Below, piece after piece: positions 38,701 to 51,800 of a DNA stretch of 64,000 nucleotides (positions are counted from its first letter, which is position 1; the number at the start of each line of letters is the position of its first letter). The position numbers were made by a program, and so were the translations under genes. The notes beneath the pieces are model-generated. The model saw only the letters and a list, made by a program, of their open reading frames with translations. It did not search any database and was not told where the DNA came from. Location: the NCBI RefSeq assembly GCF_006345805.1, contig NC_043015.1, forward strand, positions 40,982,001 to 41,046,000, in the 5' to 3' direction. This DNA comes from Octopus sinensis. Lineage: Eukaryota.

Positions 38701-41700
38701 TGAAATGCTAATGAGTAAATTTATTCAATAAAATCGCCATTGGCTTCAACCATGGCCTCCAGACGACTTTGGAATCTCTTTTTTGTTTTGCCTTTTTGCC
38801 CCACTAGAACCAAAGCTGGATGGTCTCCTTGTTTTAAGTTGGTGAATGCTGCCATAATCCTTGCCTTCAGTTCATCTTTGGTGTCACAAAGAATTTTGTC
38901 GGTCGGTCGGTCGCTCAATTGCACCCCAGTGGGGTGCCTTGAAGAATTTTAGTGGAATAAATTGACCCCAGGTCCTCTCCTTTGTTTTTTTTTTGTTTTT
39001 TTTTTGTTTTTTGCCTTTTTGCCCCCCTAGAACCAAATCTTTTATCTGTCCCCATTTGTCCCTTTGATACACCATGTCATTCCCCTCACTTCCAACCTCT
39101 CCATTTACAGGTCCAAACCTTTAGATTATCTCTCTACGCTGTTCTTACACGAAGGTGCTGGAAGTATTCTTTCTTATTTGAAGAAACAGTAAGTCTGGGT
39201 ATCTTATTATTCATCTTTTTTTGTCTTTGGGGCTGGGAGTCATGAGAATCTAAAAAAAAAAACAAAACAGTCCAATGTCACATGAAGTATTTTCTGCTTT
39301 TGTGTTTTGTAAACCATAGTTTTGTTGCTATGGTTACTTTTCATTAAATCTCAAATTGAAGACAAAATAAGAGAGTGTGTGTGTGTGTGTAAGTGTATGG
39401 CCTAGTGGTTAAGGTGTTGGGTTCATGACCCTAAGGTCATGGTTTCAATTTCTGAATTGGATTTGACTCATTACCGTAAATCCTTGAGTATAATCTGCAT
39501 TTTTTCCCCAAAATTTAAAGGTCAAAATCCCTAGTGCGTATTATACACGAGGTTAAAAATGAAAAATATTTTCTAAGCAATGTCCGAGTCTCTATTTGCT
39601 GTCCGACAACGTTTATTCAGGCGCATTTTGTGATGTCGGGCGCGAAAATACCTTAAGCTAAGCCTGAAAGCAATGAAGTCATAAAAGAATCATCTATAAC
39701 TTGCCGTAAGCAACATTTATTAAACGTTATTACTGTTATTTCTTTATTTTCTGCAAACAAAATGCACAAAAAACCTACACGTTTGCATTATGTTATATAC
39801 ACAATAATAATAAAGGGCGTTACCATATAGACCTCCTTGACTCAAGTTAGAGAAGGGGTGCGTATTATACACAAGGTTTAGGTTTTTCAGAGGTACAGCC
39901 CCCTAAAAATCCCCTGCATATTATACTCAAGGGCAGACTATACTCGAGGATTTACAGTATGTCCTTGGGCAATGCACATGACTTCACGTTGCTGCAGTTG
40001 TTAGTGAGGACCAAACCAACACTACTAGCGCATCCCCTTCTCCTTTTATCTCTCTCTCATCTTGGATGTTTCTTCAACTGTAAGAGGACCAAGACAATAT
40101 CCCTTTCTATTTGCGACTGGACCTTAACCACCTGAAGCAGTTTGTAAGTTAATTTGTCTTCCATTTGATATTCGAAATTACTAAGGAAAACCCAGTGTTT
40201 ATTGTTTTGTCTTTGTAGGATGTGGGCCCTGCACATCGAAGGGGGAAACGCTACCAGTGGGTTTGAGTTCAATTCTGTCTGGTCCTGTTTCTATATTGAC
40301 ATTATTCTCACAGATTCTGGAGTCAATCACGTCTACGAGGTGAGTGATACCATTACAACCACAATTATGATAAATATGAGTTTGAGTTATCGTCAGGGTA
40401 GATGTTTCAAAGTCATTGTCTTTCAAAGTCATTGTCAGCAATAGCACGATAGACAAGTCAAAGATAATAAGGTGCAGAATCCCACCACAACATAATAGTG
40501 ACGATAAGAACATTACAATGCTGATAACAATATACAAGTGGACAAGGATTCACATTGTAGCAGTTACATAATATATATATATGTATGAATGTATAAAAAA
40601 TTAGAAAAAAAACATCTTTTATCAATTCAAAATGAACAATTAAATTACACCATCTAGAAAATTACATATAATAGAAAAATTGAAATTAAAAGAACAATAA
40701 AATGTCAAAGATTAAGTAAATTGCAAAAAATAATAATAAAAACATATATAGTAAGTAGAAAAATATAATTGATAAAAGGTATTTTTTTTCTAATTTTTTA
40801 TATATATATATTATATTGTGTGAAATTTGATTTAGTATTTCTAAATTAATTTTTTTTTTTCCTTGTAAGTTTGGATTTTATTCCCTCAAATAGTAATTAT
40901 TATATGTATGAATGTATAAAGATATTTCTTTGTGTGTGTGACAGGTCCTAACTGTGGTGTTCCAATACCTGGAAATGGTGAAAAAGAAAGGACTACTGAA
41001 ATATATTTATGATGAAGAAAAAGCTATTCAAGACATGAAGTTTCGCTGGCAGGAAAAGGTAAAGTGAACGAGGCTTGTTGTTGTTGTCTGATTTTGGTTT
41101 TGGTATCTACGGAAGAAGAGTGTGTGTGTGTGAGAGAGAGAAGGTATGTGAAAGTGTGATGAGCAGTGAGGGGTGTATGATGGTGCATATGTGGGTGTGT
41201 GATGGGGTGTATTGGTACAAAATGCTGATGCATAATTGCAGAGTGTCCTTGGGGTACCACATGGTATGTGATTGTATAGCAGCGAGCTGGCAGAAACGTT
41301 AGCATGCCAGACAAAATGCATAGCCATATTTCGTCTGCCGTTATGTTCTGAGTTCAAATTCCGCCGAGGTCGACTTTGCCTTTCATCCTTTCGGGGTTAA
41401 TAAATTAAGTACCAGTTACGCACTGGGGTCGATGTAATCGACTTAATCCGTTTGTCTGTCCTTGTTTGTCCCCTTGTGGGTAGTAAAGAAATAGGTATGT
41501 GATTGTACAGTGTGACTGTCAAGTGACTGTTACACTGTGACGGTGCTGTAACAATATGCTGTGACAACACTGTGTGACTGTATCGCTGTATCGAGTGACT
41601 TTTCTTTCTCTGGACCCTGAATGAAGGTGCGTCAACCCAGTTAGTGAATGCCGTGATGTTTAAGGTTTCTAATCTCACCAGAGGCTGTTTCTTGTATTCC

Positions 41701-44700
41701 AGGGTTCCTCGGTTGACTACGTGGAACGACTGAGTGAGAATATGCAGGTGTACAACAAGGAGCACTTTTTGACCGGAGACTGTCTTCTCTTTCAGTATAA
41801 TGAAGAGGTAAGTTGATGCTGCTGCTGCTGATGATGATGATATAGTTTAGCCCCAGGTCTGTCCTGATACAAAAGGCTTTTAATCAAAGACTTTCCAACC
41901 GTGACTATCTCCTCTTTTGTAATTCAGGTAGACTGTATTATCCAGTGTCTCCTTGCTTGTTTCTGTTGTTTTATGGGATCTTTCCCTAAATTCACAATAC
42001 CCCATCATCATCATCATCATTGTTTAACGTCCACTTTCCACAATGATGATGATGATGTTGATGGGGTATTGTGAATCCCATATACAAATATTATTCTCAT
42101 ATTCACAATTTTATGCCAGTAAGCTACCAGCGAAATATGAAGAACCAATATTAGAAATCTTGTTTTTGGAAACCTCTAAATTAAAAGACAAATCTAATTC
42201 AACCTTTTTACACACACACACACACACACCTACAAATATATATAATTTTTTTTTTTTTTGTGCAGCTCATCAAATCCTGTTTGGATCAACTGACTCCTGC
42301 CAAAACCAATGTCATCTTATTGACCAAAAAAGACTCCGGCCTTTGCACCAAAGAGGAGAAATGGTATGGCACTAAATATTATGATACAGGTAATTATTAG
42401 TGGGTTCCTCTTTTTTTGTTCCTAGATGTCATTGTGTAACCTTGGTTCCGTTCTGTATAGCAGAGATAGCTCTACCCCTGGAGAGGTTGACAGTCCATCT
42501 CAGTAAGAGACCGATAGTGCTGAGTAAAGGGTGGTGTTTGCTCACTTGTTGAGGGGTTGGTACATCGAGTGGAGGTGAGTGGCCAAGTGAAGGCTGGAGA
42601 TGGATTTCCAAGTGGAGATTTAGGAGGGTGGTTGAGTGGAGTTTGATGACGGAGTAAGCCAAGTGGCCAAACGGTCAGTGAAGGAGTGCAAGTGAAATTT
42701 GGTAGGATGGGTGGTCAGTTAATGCGGCAAGCTGGCAGAAACATTAGCATGCCAGGCGAAATGCTTTGCGGTATTTCGTCTGCCGCTGCGTTCTGAGTTC
42801 AAATTCCGCTGAGGTCAACTTTGCCTTTCATCCTTTCGGGGTCGATTAAATAAGTACAAGGTATGCACTGGGGTCGATATAATCGACTTAATCCGTTTGT
42901 CTGTCCTTGTTTGTCTTCTTAGTGTTTAGCCCCTTGTGGATAGTAAAGAAATGGGTGGTCAGTTAGGGAGTGGTTGGGGTACCAAATAGAGTTGGGTGGT
43001 AGAGTCTAAATGACTGCTGATGTAATCCAAGTGAAAGATTGTAGGGTGGGTGGTCACTATAGTATTTGGTGGTCTGTTTACAATAAAGGCTGAAAAATTG
43101 TCCGAATACATTTAAGTGACGCATTGGTCAATTCATTGTTCTGTATATCTTGACAACAGTTTTATATTTTCAAACATTGACTAAATTTGGAGAATTTCTT
43201 GTATTTTCAGATTTTGACCCGGAATGGTTAGCAAAATGGCAGAGTAAGTAAATTTACTTTCAGACGATCTTTTTTTTTCTTTATTGTTGTATTTTGCCTT
43301 TCTTGTATATTGATTGTATGTTGTTTGTCATGGTGTTTTTGGTTCCAGAATGGTATGCTAGAACAAAAGAATTAGAGAATTTAAGAATCAGATACAGGTG
43401 GTGGTATATGACCTTAGTAGCTTAGGAAAAGCAGTGGCCATTGTAGTTGTGGCTGGAGAGACGAGAAGGGGACATAGCAAGTTTGTGGGATAGAAGTGGG
43501 TTTTAGTGTCAGTAAAGTACAAGTGATGAACTGGGTGTGCTGTTGCTTGGAGACTTGATAACCAATCGGGTTACCTTGGAAGAGGTGGAGGGTCCACACC
43601 ACCACACACACACACAAACATGTACGTACACACACACGTCATGATGATGATGATGATGATGATTTAAGGAGTTGTATATTTTGTCGTTGATGTCTCCTTT
43701 TATTTTTTATTCCCAGACTTGCAATTGAACCCAGAACTGTATCTACCGGAGCCCAACAAGTACCTCGGTAACTATATCATTCTTATGCAGTCCATTTCTT
43801 CTTTCTTTACAATTGTTAGAGTAATGGTTTTACTTTGTCTGCTAGTGACAGCCATACTGGAGCAATATGGCCATACTGTGGCTAGTGATGACCATACTGG
43901 AGCAATATGGCCATACTGTGGCTACTGATGACCATACTGGAGCACATGCTTGGCAGTGCTTGTCCTGGTTCTTTACGTTTGCTGTTCAAATCCCACCAAA
44001 GTCACCTTTGCTGTTCACCCTTTCAGGGTTGATAAAATTTTTTTTTAAATACCAGTCATAAACTGGGGTTCCACCTTCTGTTACTTTAGCTGTCATGTAT
44101 TGGAGATCCCACTGAACCAAGAGTGGGACCTGTGCCAGCTTGTAACTACATGAGTTCCTAGAATACATTTCCAAGCATTACTTTTACGACTGTGGATTGA
44201 CTGAATGGTTTAAAGCAGTGGTTTTCAACCATTTTTTAACTTATGTATGTGTGTTTGTCTTATCTTGACACATTTGTTAACTGCAAATACTCACCATACA
44301 TACAAACATATTTCTTTCATGAAAACATGTCCAGCCATTGAGCTGTCTGTTGTTCAAAGTACAAGATGGAAATATTTCCTTGCTTGGAAACAGACGAGGC
44401 TTGGGGACTGGAAGAGCACCAAGCTGCAAATTTTATCTGACCGATGCCAGGAGATGCTAAAATGATAATGATGATGTAGTTAAAAGTTACCATTATTGCT
44501 AAAAGTGCTGATTTGGCATGATCTTTTGAGCATCTGAAGAATTGCTGTGCAATATTTATGTTAAGGTCAACTGGTAGAATCCTTAAGATGTTGGACAAAA
44601 TGCTTAGCGGCAGTCCATCCATCTTTATGTTCTGAGTTCAAATTCCATTGGGGTCAACTTTGCCTTTCATCCTTTTAGGGTTGATAAAATAAATTGACCC

Positions 44701-45838
44701 CAGTTGAACGCTGGGGTCAATTTAATCAACTTTGTCCTTCCCCAAATTTCAGGCTTTGTGCCTATAAGTAGAAAGAATTCTTATTAAAGAATAATGGTGT
44801 ATGTTGGTGTTCCAGTTGGCTTTGGAGTTCTTCATTTTGTATCTTCTTCGTCTTTCTTCAACAGCAAAGGACTTTTCTTTGAAAGATGTTCCACCAGAAC
44901 AGAAAGATAAGGTAGGGAGATGGAGTTTTTTTTAATTAATTTTATTTTTGTTGTATCTTCATAATCGTCTTCTACCATCCCTTTGTCAATATGGATATGG
45001 GTTTGATAGGTCTTCTGTACATAATCTCTCCCCTCAAAGACCTAAACAGTCTAACAAGGAATCCATTGTGCAGTAAGTCTCTCTCTTCCACACCAACACC
45101 TCTCATTCCAACTCTAACCACCACTCTATCCTCAACACACCATTCACCCCATCCACCCATATATATAAACGATCGTAGTGGTTTTACTCTTTATCTGATA
45201 TTAAATTCTTAATACTTTTTGATAGTTATATTTAATATAATTTTTAAAAAAATTTTTTAAATAATAAAATATATATATATATATATTATATTAAATTAGA
45301 GATAAAACCACTATCAGGCAAATCAAACAGTGAAAAACATAAGCCAATACATAAAATTAATTTAAAAGTATAAAAGTTAAAAATTAAAAAATTATTAAAA
45401 AAATTTAAACTCATAAATTTTAAATATATATATATACAAATATATTTATATATAATCTGTTGTGGCCTTCATTATTTATTCCAGAGTCCATTTTTGATCA
45501 TGGAGAATGAGAAATGTAAATTATGGTACAAGAAAGACACCAAGTTTAATATCCCAAAAGGTGAGCAACAAACTCTCCTTCTCTCCTTCCTCTTCTCCCA
45601 TCCATAACTCTTTAAATTTCATTCTCTCTCTTCCCTCCTATATTTTCTTGCCTCTCCCTCTTACCCTCTCCTTTGTATATTTTCTTGCCTCTCCCTCTTA
45701 CCCTCTCCTTCTTTTTATATTTCCTGCCTCTCCTTATTATTATTATTATATTTCTTTTCAGTCCAAACATTCTTTAAACTGATGAGTCCAGTGATTGGGG
45801 AGTCACTAGAAAGGTTTGTGAACCCTTTTTTAATCCCA

Positions 45839-45876
<38 letters not shown>

Positions 45877-48800
45877 GTTATTTACATTTACAGGCTTACG
45901 TGAGAATTGAACCCTGCACCAGCACACACACAACACACGTCATCATAATTTCCCAGCAATCCTTGTAATTTTTATATAATAGTTGGAGCTGGAGGGACAC
46001 TGGTAGAGGGTCCATGCAAACTCTCCCTGACCAGTATGTTGTTATTGTCACTGTTTAACCCTTGGTCAACTTGGATCAAGCTCACCTGTAACCAAAAGTG
46101 TTCCATCCATGACCATCCTGTTTATTTATATCTATGTGTGCAGTGTCTAATATGCGTTTCTTTAAGAGTGTAGATTGTGATTTGAATGATGCTTGACTGC
46201 TGTTTCTAGCTGCTTTAAGTAACCACAAAAAAGCTCTCCTGTGGCTCATTAACTATAGAGGTTCATCAGTCAAATGATAATTAAACAACTACCATACTCA
46301 GTATATTACTGATACTTAGAATGAGTGCTAAACAGTTTCTTCTTACCACCAGCGTCGCCTTACTGGCACCTGTACTGGTGGCATGTGTAAAAAGATTCGA
46401 GCGAGGTTGTTGCCAGTACTGCCTGACTGGCCCTCGTGCCGGTGGCATGTAAAAAGCACCATCCGAATGTGGCCATTGCCAGTGCCGCCTAGACTGGTTC
46501 TCGTGCCGGTGGCACGTAAAAAGCACCCACTACACTCTTGGAGTGGTTGGCATTAGGAAGGGCATCCAGCTGTAGAAACACTGCCAAATCAAGATTGGAG
46601 CCTGGTGCAGCCTTCTGGTTCGCCAGCCCTCAATCAAAATCGTCCAACCCATGCTAGCATGGAAAGCGGACGTTAAACGATGATGATGATGATGACTGCA
46701 ACTCAATATAATAAGTATTTATGAGAACTTTACATAGACCTTCCTACCCACCAGTACACCCACCCCCGCCACTGATTTTTCCACATACACCCTTCTCTCT
46801 AAGTACCCCCCACCACACTCCACCTTATCTTTATTACTATGGTAACCGAGATACGAAATCTCTTTGTTTTTTATTCTTTCAGTTCCATCCTCTTTGAACT
46901 GTTCATTGATGTTCTCCTGCAGAAGTTGGCAGAACCAACCTACCATGCCATCGAAGCTGATCTCAGGTACATAGAAATGTCTACCCGTTTCTCACCTCAC
47001 TTCTGCTAACTTCAAGATACCCGCTTCCTTTCTTAATCTCACCTTTGGTAATTCGAAGCTACACCCTTCTCACCTCGCATTCATCATCTCGGAAGCCACC
47101 TTACTACTATCTACCCTGATACGCAGCTTCAGAATGAATGTACCCTGCTGTATTATTTAGTAGTGTGTACTCATCTGATACCTGGGGTAGAATATACCCT
47201 ACCATAACTAGAATATACCCATACCATAATGGCAGTGGTATTTCGTCTGTTGTTACATTCTGAGTTCAAATTCCACTGAGGTCGACTTTGCCTTTCATCC
47301 TTTTGGGGCTAAACACAGAGGGGACAAACAAGGACAGACAAAGGGACTAAGTTGATTAGATCGACCCCAGTGCGTAACTGGTACTTTATTTATCGACCCC
47401 GAAAGGATGAAAGGCAAAGTTGACCTCAGTAGAATTTGAACTCAGAACGTAGCAGCAGACGAAATACCACTAAGCATTTTGCCCGGTGTGCTAACGTTTC
47501 TGCCAGCTCGCCACCTTGCTATCACTTTCTCTCATTTACAATCTCTCTCTCTTTTCATTTCTCACTCTCTCATCCTTTCTCTCACTCTGCACCACCTGTT
47601 TCACTCTACCCACCTCTCTCTTACTGCCATTCTCTCACTCTCTCCCACCCTCTATCTACATATCTATCTATCTCTCTCTCTATCTCACACAGCTACTCCC
47701 TCACAGACAAGAAAACTGGACTGGTTATCTTGGTGAAAGGATTCAACGACAAAATACCTGTAAGTATTTTGCACCTGATTAAATATATATCTTTTGCGAT
47801 GTTTAATTAATTCTTGTTGGTTGCTACAGTGATACAGGTGAGATGATATGAGACCAACTTGGTGTGGTGTGTGGGGGGATGCTTTAGTAATTGTCAGCAA
47901 CTGTTAAAGGGAAGGGAGAGAAATTCACGGCTGTGTGGTAAGTAGCTTGCTTACCAACCACATGGTTCCGGGTTCAGTCCCACTGCGTGACACCTTGGGC
48001 AAGTGTCTTCTACTATAGCTTCGGGCCAACCAAATCCTTGTGAGTGGATTTTGTAGACAGAAACTGAAAGAAGCCCGTCGTATACATATATATATGTATG
48101 TATGTGTGTCTGTGTTTGTCGTCCCCCTCCTACCATCGCTTGACAACCGATGTTGGTGTGTTTACGTCCCCATAACTTAGCAGTTCGGCAAAAGACACGG
48201 ATAGAACAAGTACTAGGCTTACAAAGAATAAGTCCTGGGGTTGATTTGTCCGACTAAAGGTGGTGCTCCAGCATGGCTGCAGTCAAATGACTGAAACAAA
48301 CAAAAGAATAAAAGAATGCTTAGAGTAGAAAATCTGGCTTTTTCTTGTAGACAAGGGGAACAACTAGAGTTTGTTTCTATCTTAATGAATGTCATCAGCA
48401 CAGCATAGTCCACTGTTACTTGCTTTGCTCATTTGATATAAGTTTTCACATACAGAAAAGGTTTTCTTCCATTTCTCTTTTTTCTTTACACCCAAATCTG
48501 CTAGGTGTCAAACATCTTATTAACCCTGTATTCTTTCTCAGAATGTTATCAAGATCTTGGTGATACAAATTGCAGTTAATTACTTGAGGTTGACCCAATC
48601 CTCATCGTTTAATGTCTGCTTTCCATGCTAGCATGGGTTGGACGATTTGACTGAGGTCTGGTGAACCAGATGGCTGTACCAGACTCCAATCTGATCTGGC
48701 AGAGTTTCTACAGCTGGATGCCCTTCCTAACGCCAACCACTCCGAGGTTATATCAATATATTGAGGTGTCATAAGAAGTCTTCTGCTCTTTTGGAAATCA

Positions 48801-51800
48801 TTGAGGAGTGGGGAGAGGGTGGAAGTGACTGAGTTAATAAATGCCTTGTAGGGTCCACTTTGTCTTTCATTCACCTAACAAAGGTTAAAACTAAAAACCA
48901 GTTATATACTGGGGTCTCAATAAAATTGACTACAACACTCAATAAAATGTCATTTTCAACCCTGCTGTGCTTGAGGAGACCTATTGAGCCAAGTACATCA
49001 ACATCAAAATAAATATCAAAGGGAAATTGTAGTTGTGATACCTGTGCCGGTGGCAGGTAAAAAGCACCATCCGAACATGGCTAATGCCAGCGCCGCCTTG
49101 ACTGGCTTTTGTGCCGGTGGCACGTAAAAAGCATCCACTATACTCACGGAGTGGTTGGCGTTAAGAAGGGCCATCCAGCTGTAGAAACATTGCCAGATCA
49201 GACTGGAGCCTGGTGCAGCCTTCTGGCTTCCCAGACCCCAGTCGAACCGTCCAACCCATGCTAGCATGGAAAACAGATGTTAAACGATGATGATAATGAT
49301 GATTCCAACCAGATTCCACATCATCATCATTATCTTTTCTTTATTGCTGTTGTTAATATAATGTATTTTTATGTTTTTTTTATTTGGATATTTTCTATTA
49401 TATTGTTTTGTGTTTGTCCAGGAATTATTCCAAACCATTGTCGATGAATTGGCAAACTTTGAATTCAGTGATGAACTTTTTGAAGTCTGTAAATCACAGC
49501 TGCAGAAGGATTACTATAATTCTATGATTAAACCATATAATGCTGCTTGGTAAGTCATCACTCACTGTGATTAAACTGTTTAAGTACTTGGTAAGTCAAC
49601 ACCATCACTCATTCATTAGCAAATTAGTTTTCCACAGTCTTTCTTAATTAGATGAAAAACTAATAATTAACTTGTCATGGTCTTAATTATCTGTTGAAAG
49701 TGTCATAGTGTTAATTATGTCCTTGACTAACCCTAAATTAGCAACTGACCCCTCCCGCAAATAAATTTATCATCTTTTTGGGATACATTAATCAGGTGAT
49801 CCATCAAGTTCTGAATTCAGTTTCTGTCATGGTCAACTTTGCCATTTGTGGAGGCACATGGCCGACTGGTTAGAGCAGAAGACTCGCAGTCGAGGGATCA
49901 TGGGTTTGAATCTCAGACCAGGTGATGTATGTGTTTATGAGCGAAACACCTAAGCTCCACGCAGCTCTGGCAGAAGGTAATGGCGAACTTCTCCCGACTC
50001 TTTCGCCACAACTTTCTCTTACTCTTTCTTCCTGCATCTTGCAGCTCACTTGCGACGGACCAGTGTCCTGTCCAGGTGGAGAACCTATACGCCAAGGAAA
50101 CTGGGAAACCGGCCCTTATGAGCCAGGGATTTCTCGAGAAGGAACAACTTTGCCATTCACCCTTTTGGGGTCAATAAAATAAGGACCAGTTTAGCACTGA
50201 GGTCAATGTAATCAACTTATCCTCTCTCCCAAAATTGCTGGCTGTGTGCCCAAATTCGTTATTATTATCATCATCACTGTCCACTGAGGTTGACTTTGCC
50301 TTTCATCCTTTCAGGTTCAATAAATTAAGTACCAGTTGCGTACTGGGATCAATCTAATTGACTTACCCACTCCCTGAAAATTTCAGGCCTTGTGCCTATA
50401 CTAGAAAGGATTGTTGCTGTGTTGTTTTATTTCTCAGAACATTTGGTCTTGTTTGTTCTGGTAGATTCCGTGAGATCAGACGCAGCCTGTTGTCAGAGGT
50501 CTCACAGGCTCTCTTTCCACACATTATAAGCTTTACTTGGCTGTTAATTATCGTGGTAGAAATTGTTATTATTACTTTTATTATTATTCATCTTTATCAC
50601 AGATTTTGTTGGAACTCTTGGAGTCTTTACATGCGTAGTGGGCTTGCTCCCTGCAGCCTACGGTACCACGCTATCCATTCTTTTCAGCTATCTAATACTT
50701 TCCTGATTATTCTGGCCGTTCCAAGGAGGCAAACCTTTTGTAACAGTCCTACTGGGTACTCTATTCCAATTTCCTTTACATTCCTCTTGATTTCTTCTGA
50801 TACTGTTCCCAAGGACCCAACATAATTGACACTATCTTCACCTTCTTCATTTTCCATTGCCTGGCTATTTCGTACTTAAGTGGGTTGTATCTGTCAGTCT
50901 TTTCGCCTTCCTTCTTGACTATTCGTGGGTCAAAGGGGCATACAACATTAACTATATAGCATATTATTATTATTGTTGTTGTTATTATTATTATTTCTGC
51001 AGTGGCCTTATGTTGGCTGTTATCATGGACAAGTTCTATTCTCTCCCAAATAAATACTGTGAACTGCCTAAATTGCAGCCAGGGATGTTAAGAAATTGGT
51101 ACCAACAGTTCCGGCGCCAGATATACTATGAGGGTTTGGTCATCGGCAATATGACTACAGAGGTTAGTATCATTGTTTTTCACTTGCTGTGTATCCCCTG
51201 GTCACCTGTCTTGGGGTAGGCTTAAGGTACGGGTGGGACCATGTTATCTTTACCATGATGACAAACAGTTGCAAAACTGGACAACCTCAGTTTTAAAAAT
51301 TGCCTGGAATTTGTTGTATTAAATGCTACAGCTTGCTTCAGTGGCCCCTGTGAGGGGGGTCGGGATGGGGTTAGACTTAATCTGTTATTTTATTGGCAGA
51401 AGTATTAAAGCATCAGAAAAATGCTTCTTATTATTTGTTTTGACCATTTATGCTCTGAGTTCAATTCTCATTGAGGTCAACTTTGCTGTCATCCTTTTTG
51501 AGGGGTCAATGAAGGTACTAAACTAAGGCAGTGGATTTGCAAAACTATTAGCATGTCAGACTAGTTGCCATGTTGTATATGTTCAAATCCAGCCATGGTC
51601 CACCTGAGTGGTAGATTTAACCTGTTGTCTTTTTTTAATACCATCACCTTACACCTTCGGTATGTTTAGTAGATTCCATTTTGTTGCAAATCAAAATCAA
51701 ATTCGATGACTGGCGTCAGTGCTAGCGGGTTGCAAAGAGCACCATACGAGTGTGATTGTTGACAGAGTGGGTAACCAGCTTCCGTGCCAGTGGAACATAA

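Noticed and set aside
45779-45812. Hammerhead ribozyme core (CTGATGA...GAAA)
   Set aside because: Stem II does not close next to the conserved core, there is no stem I/III pairing, and the sequence is NRDC exon 21.
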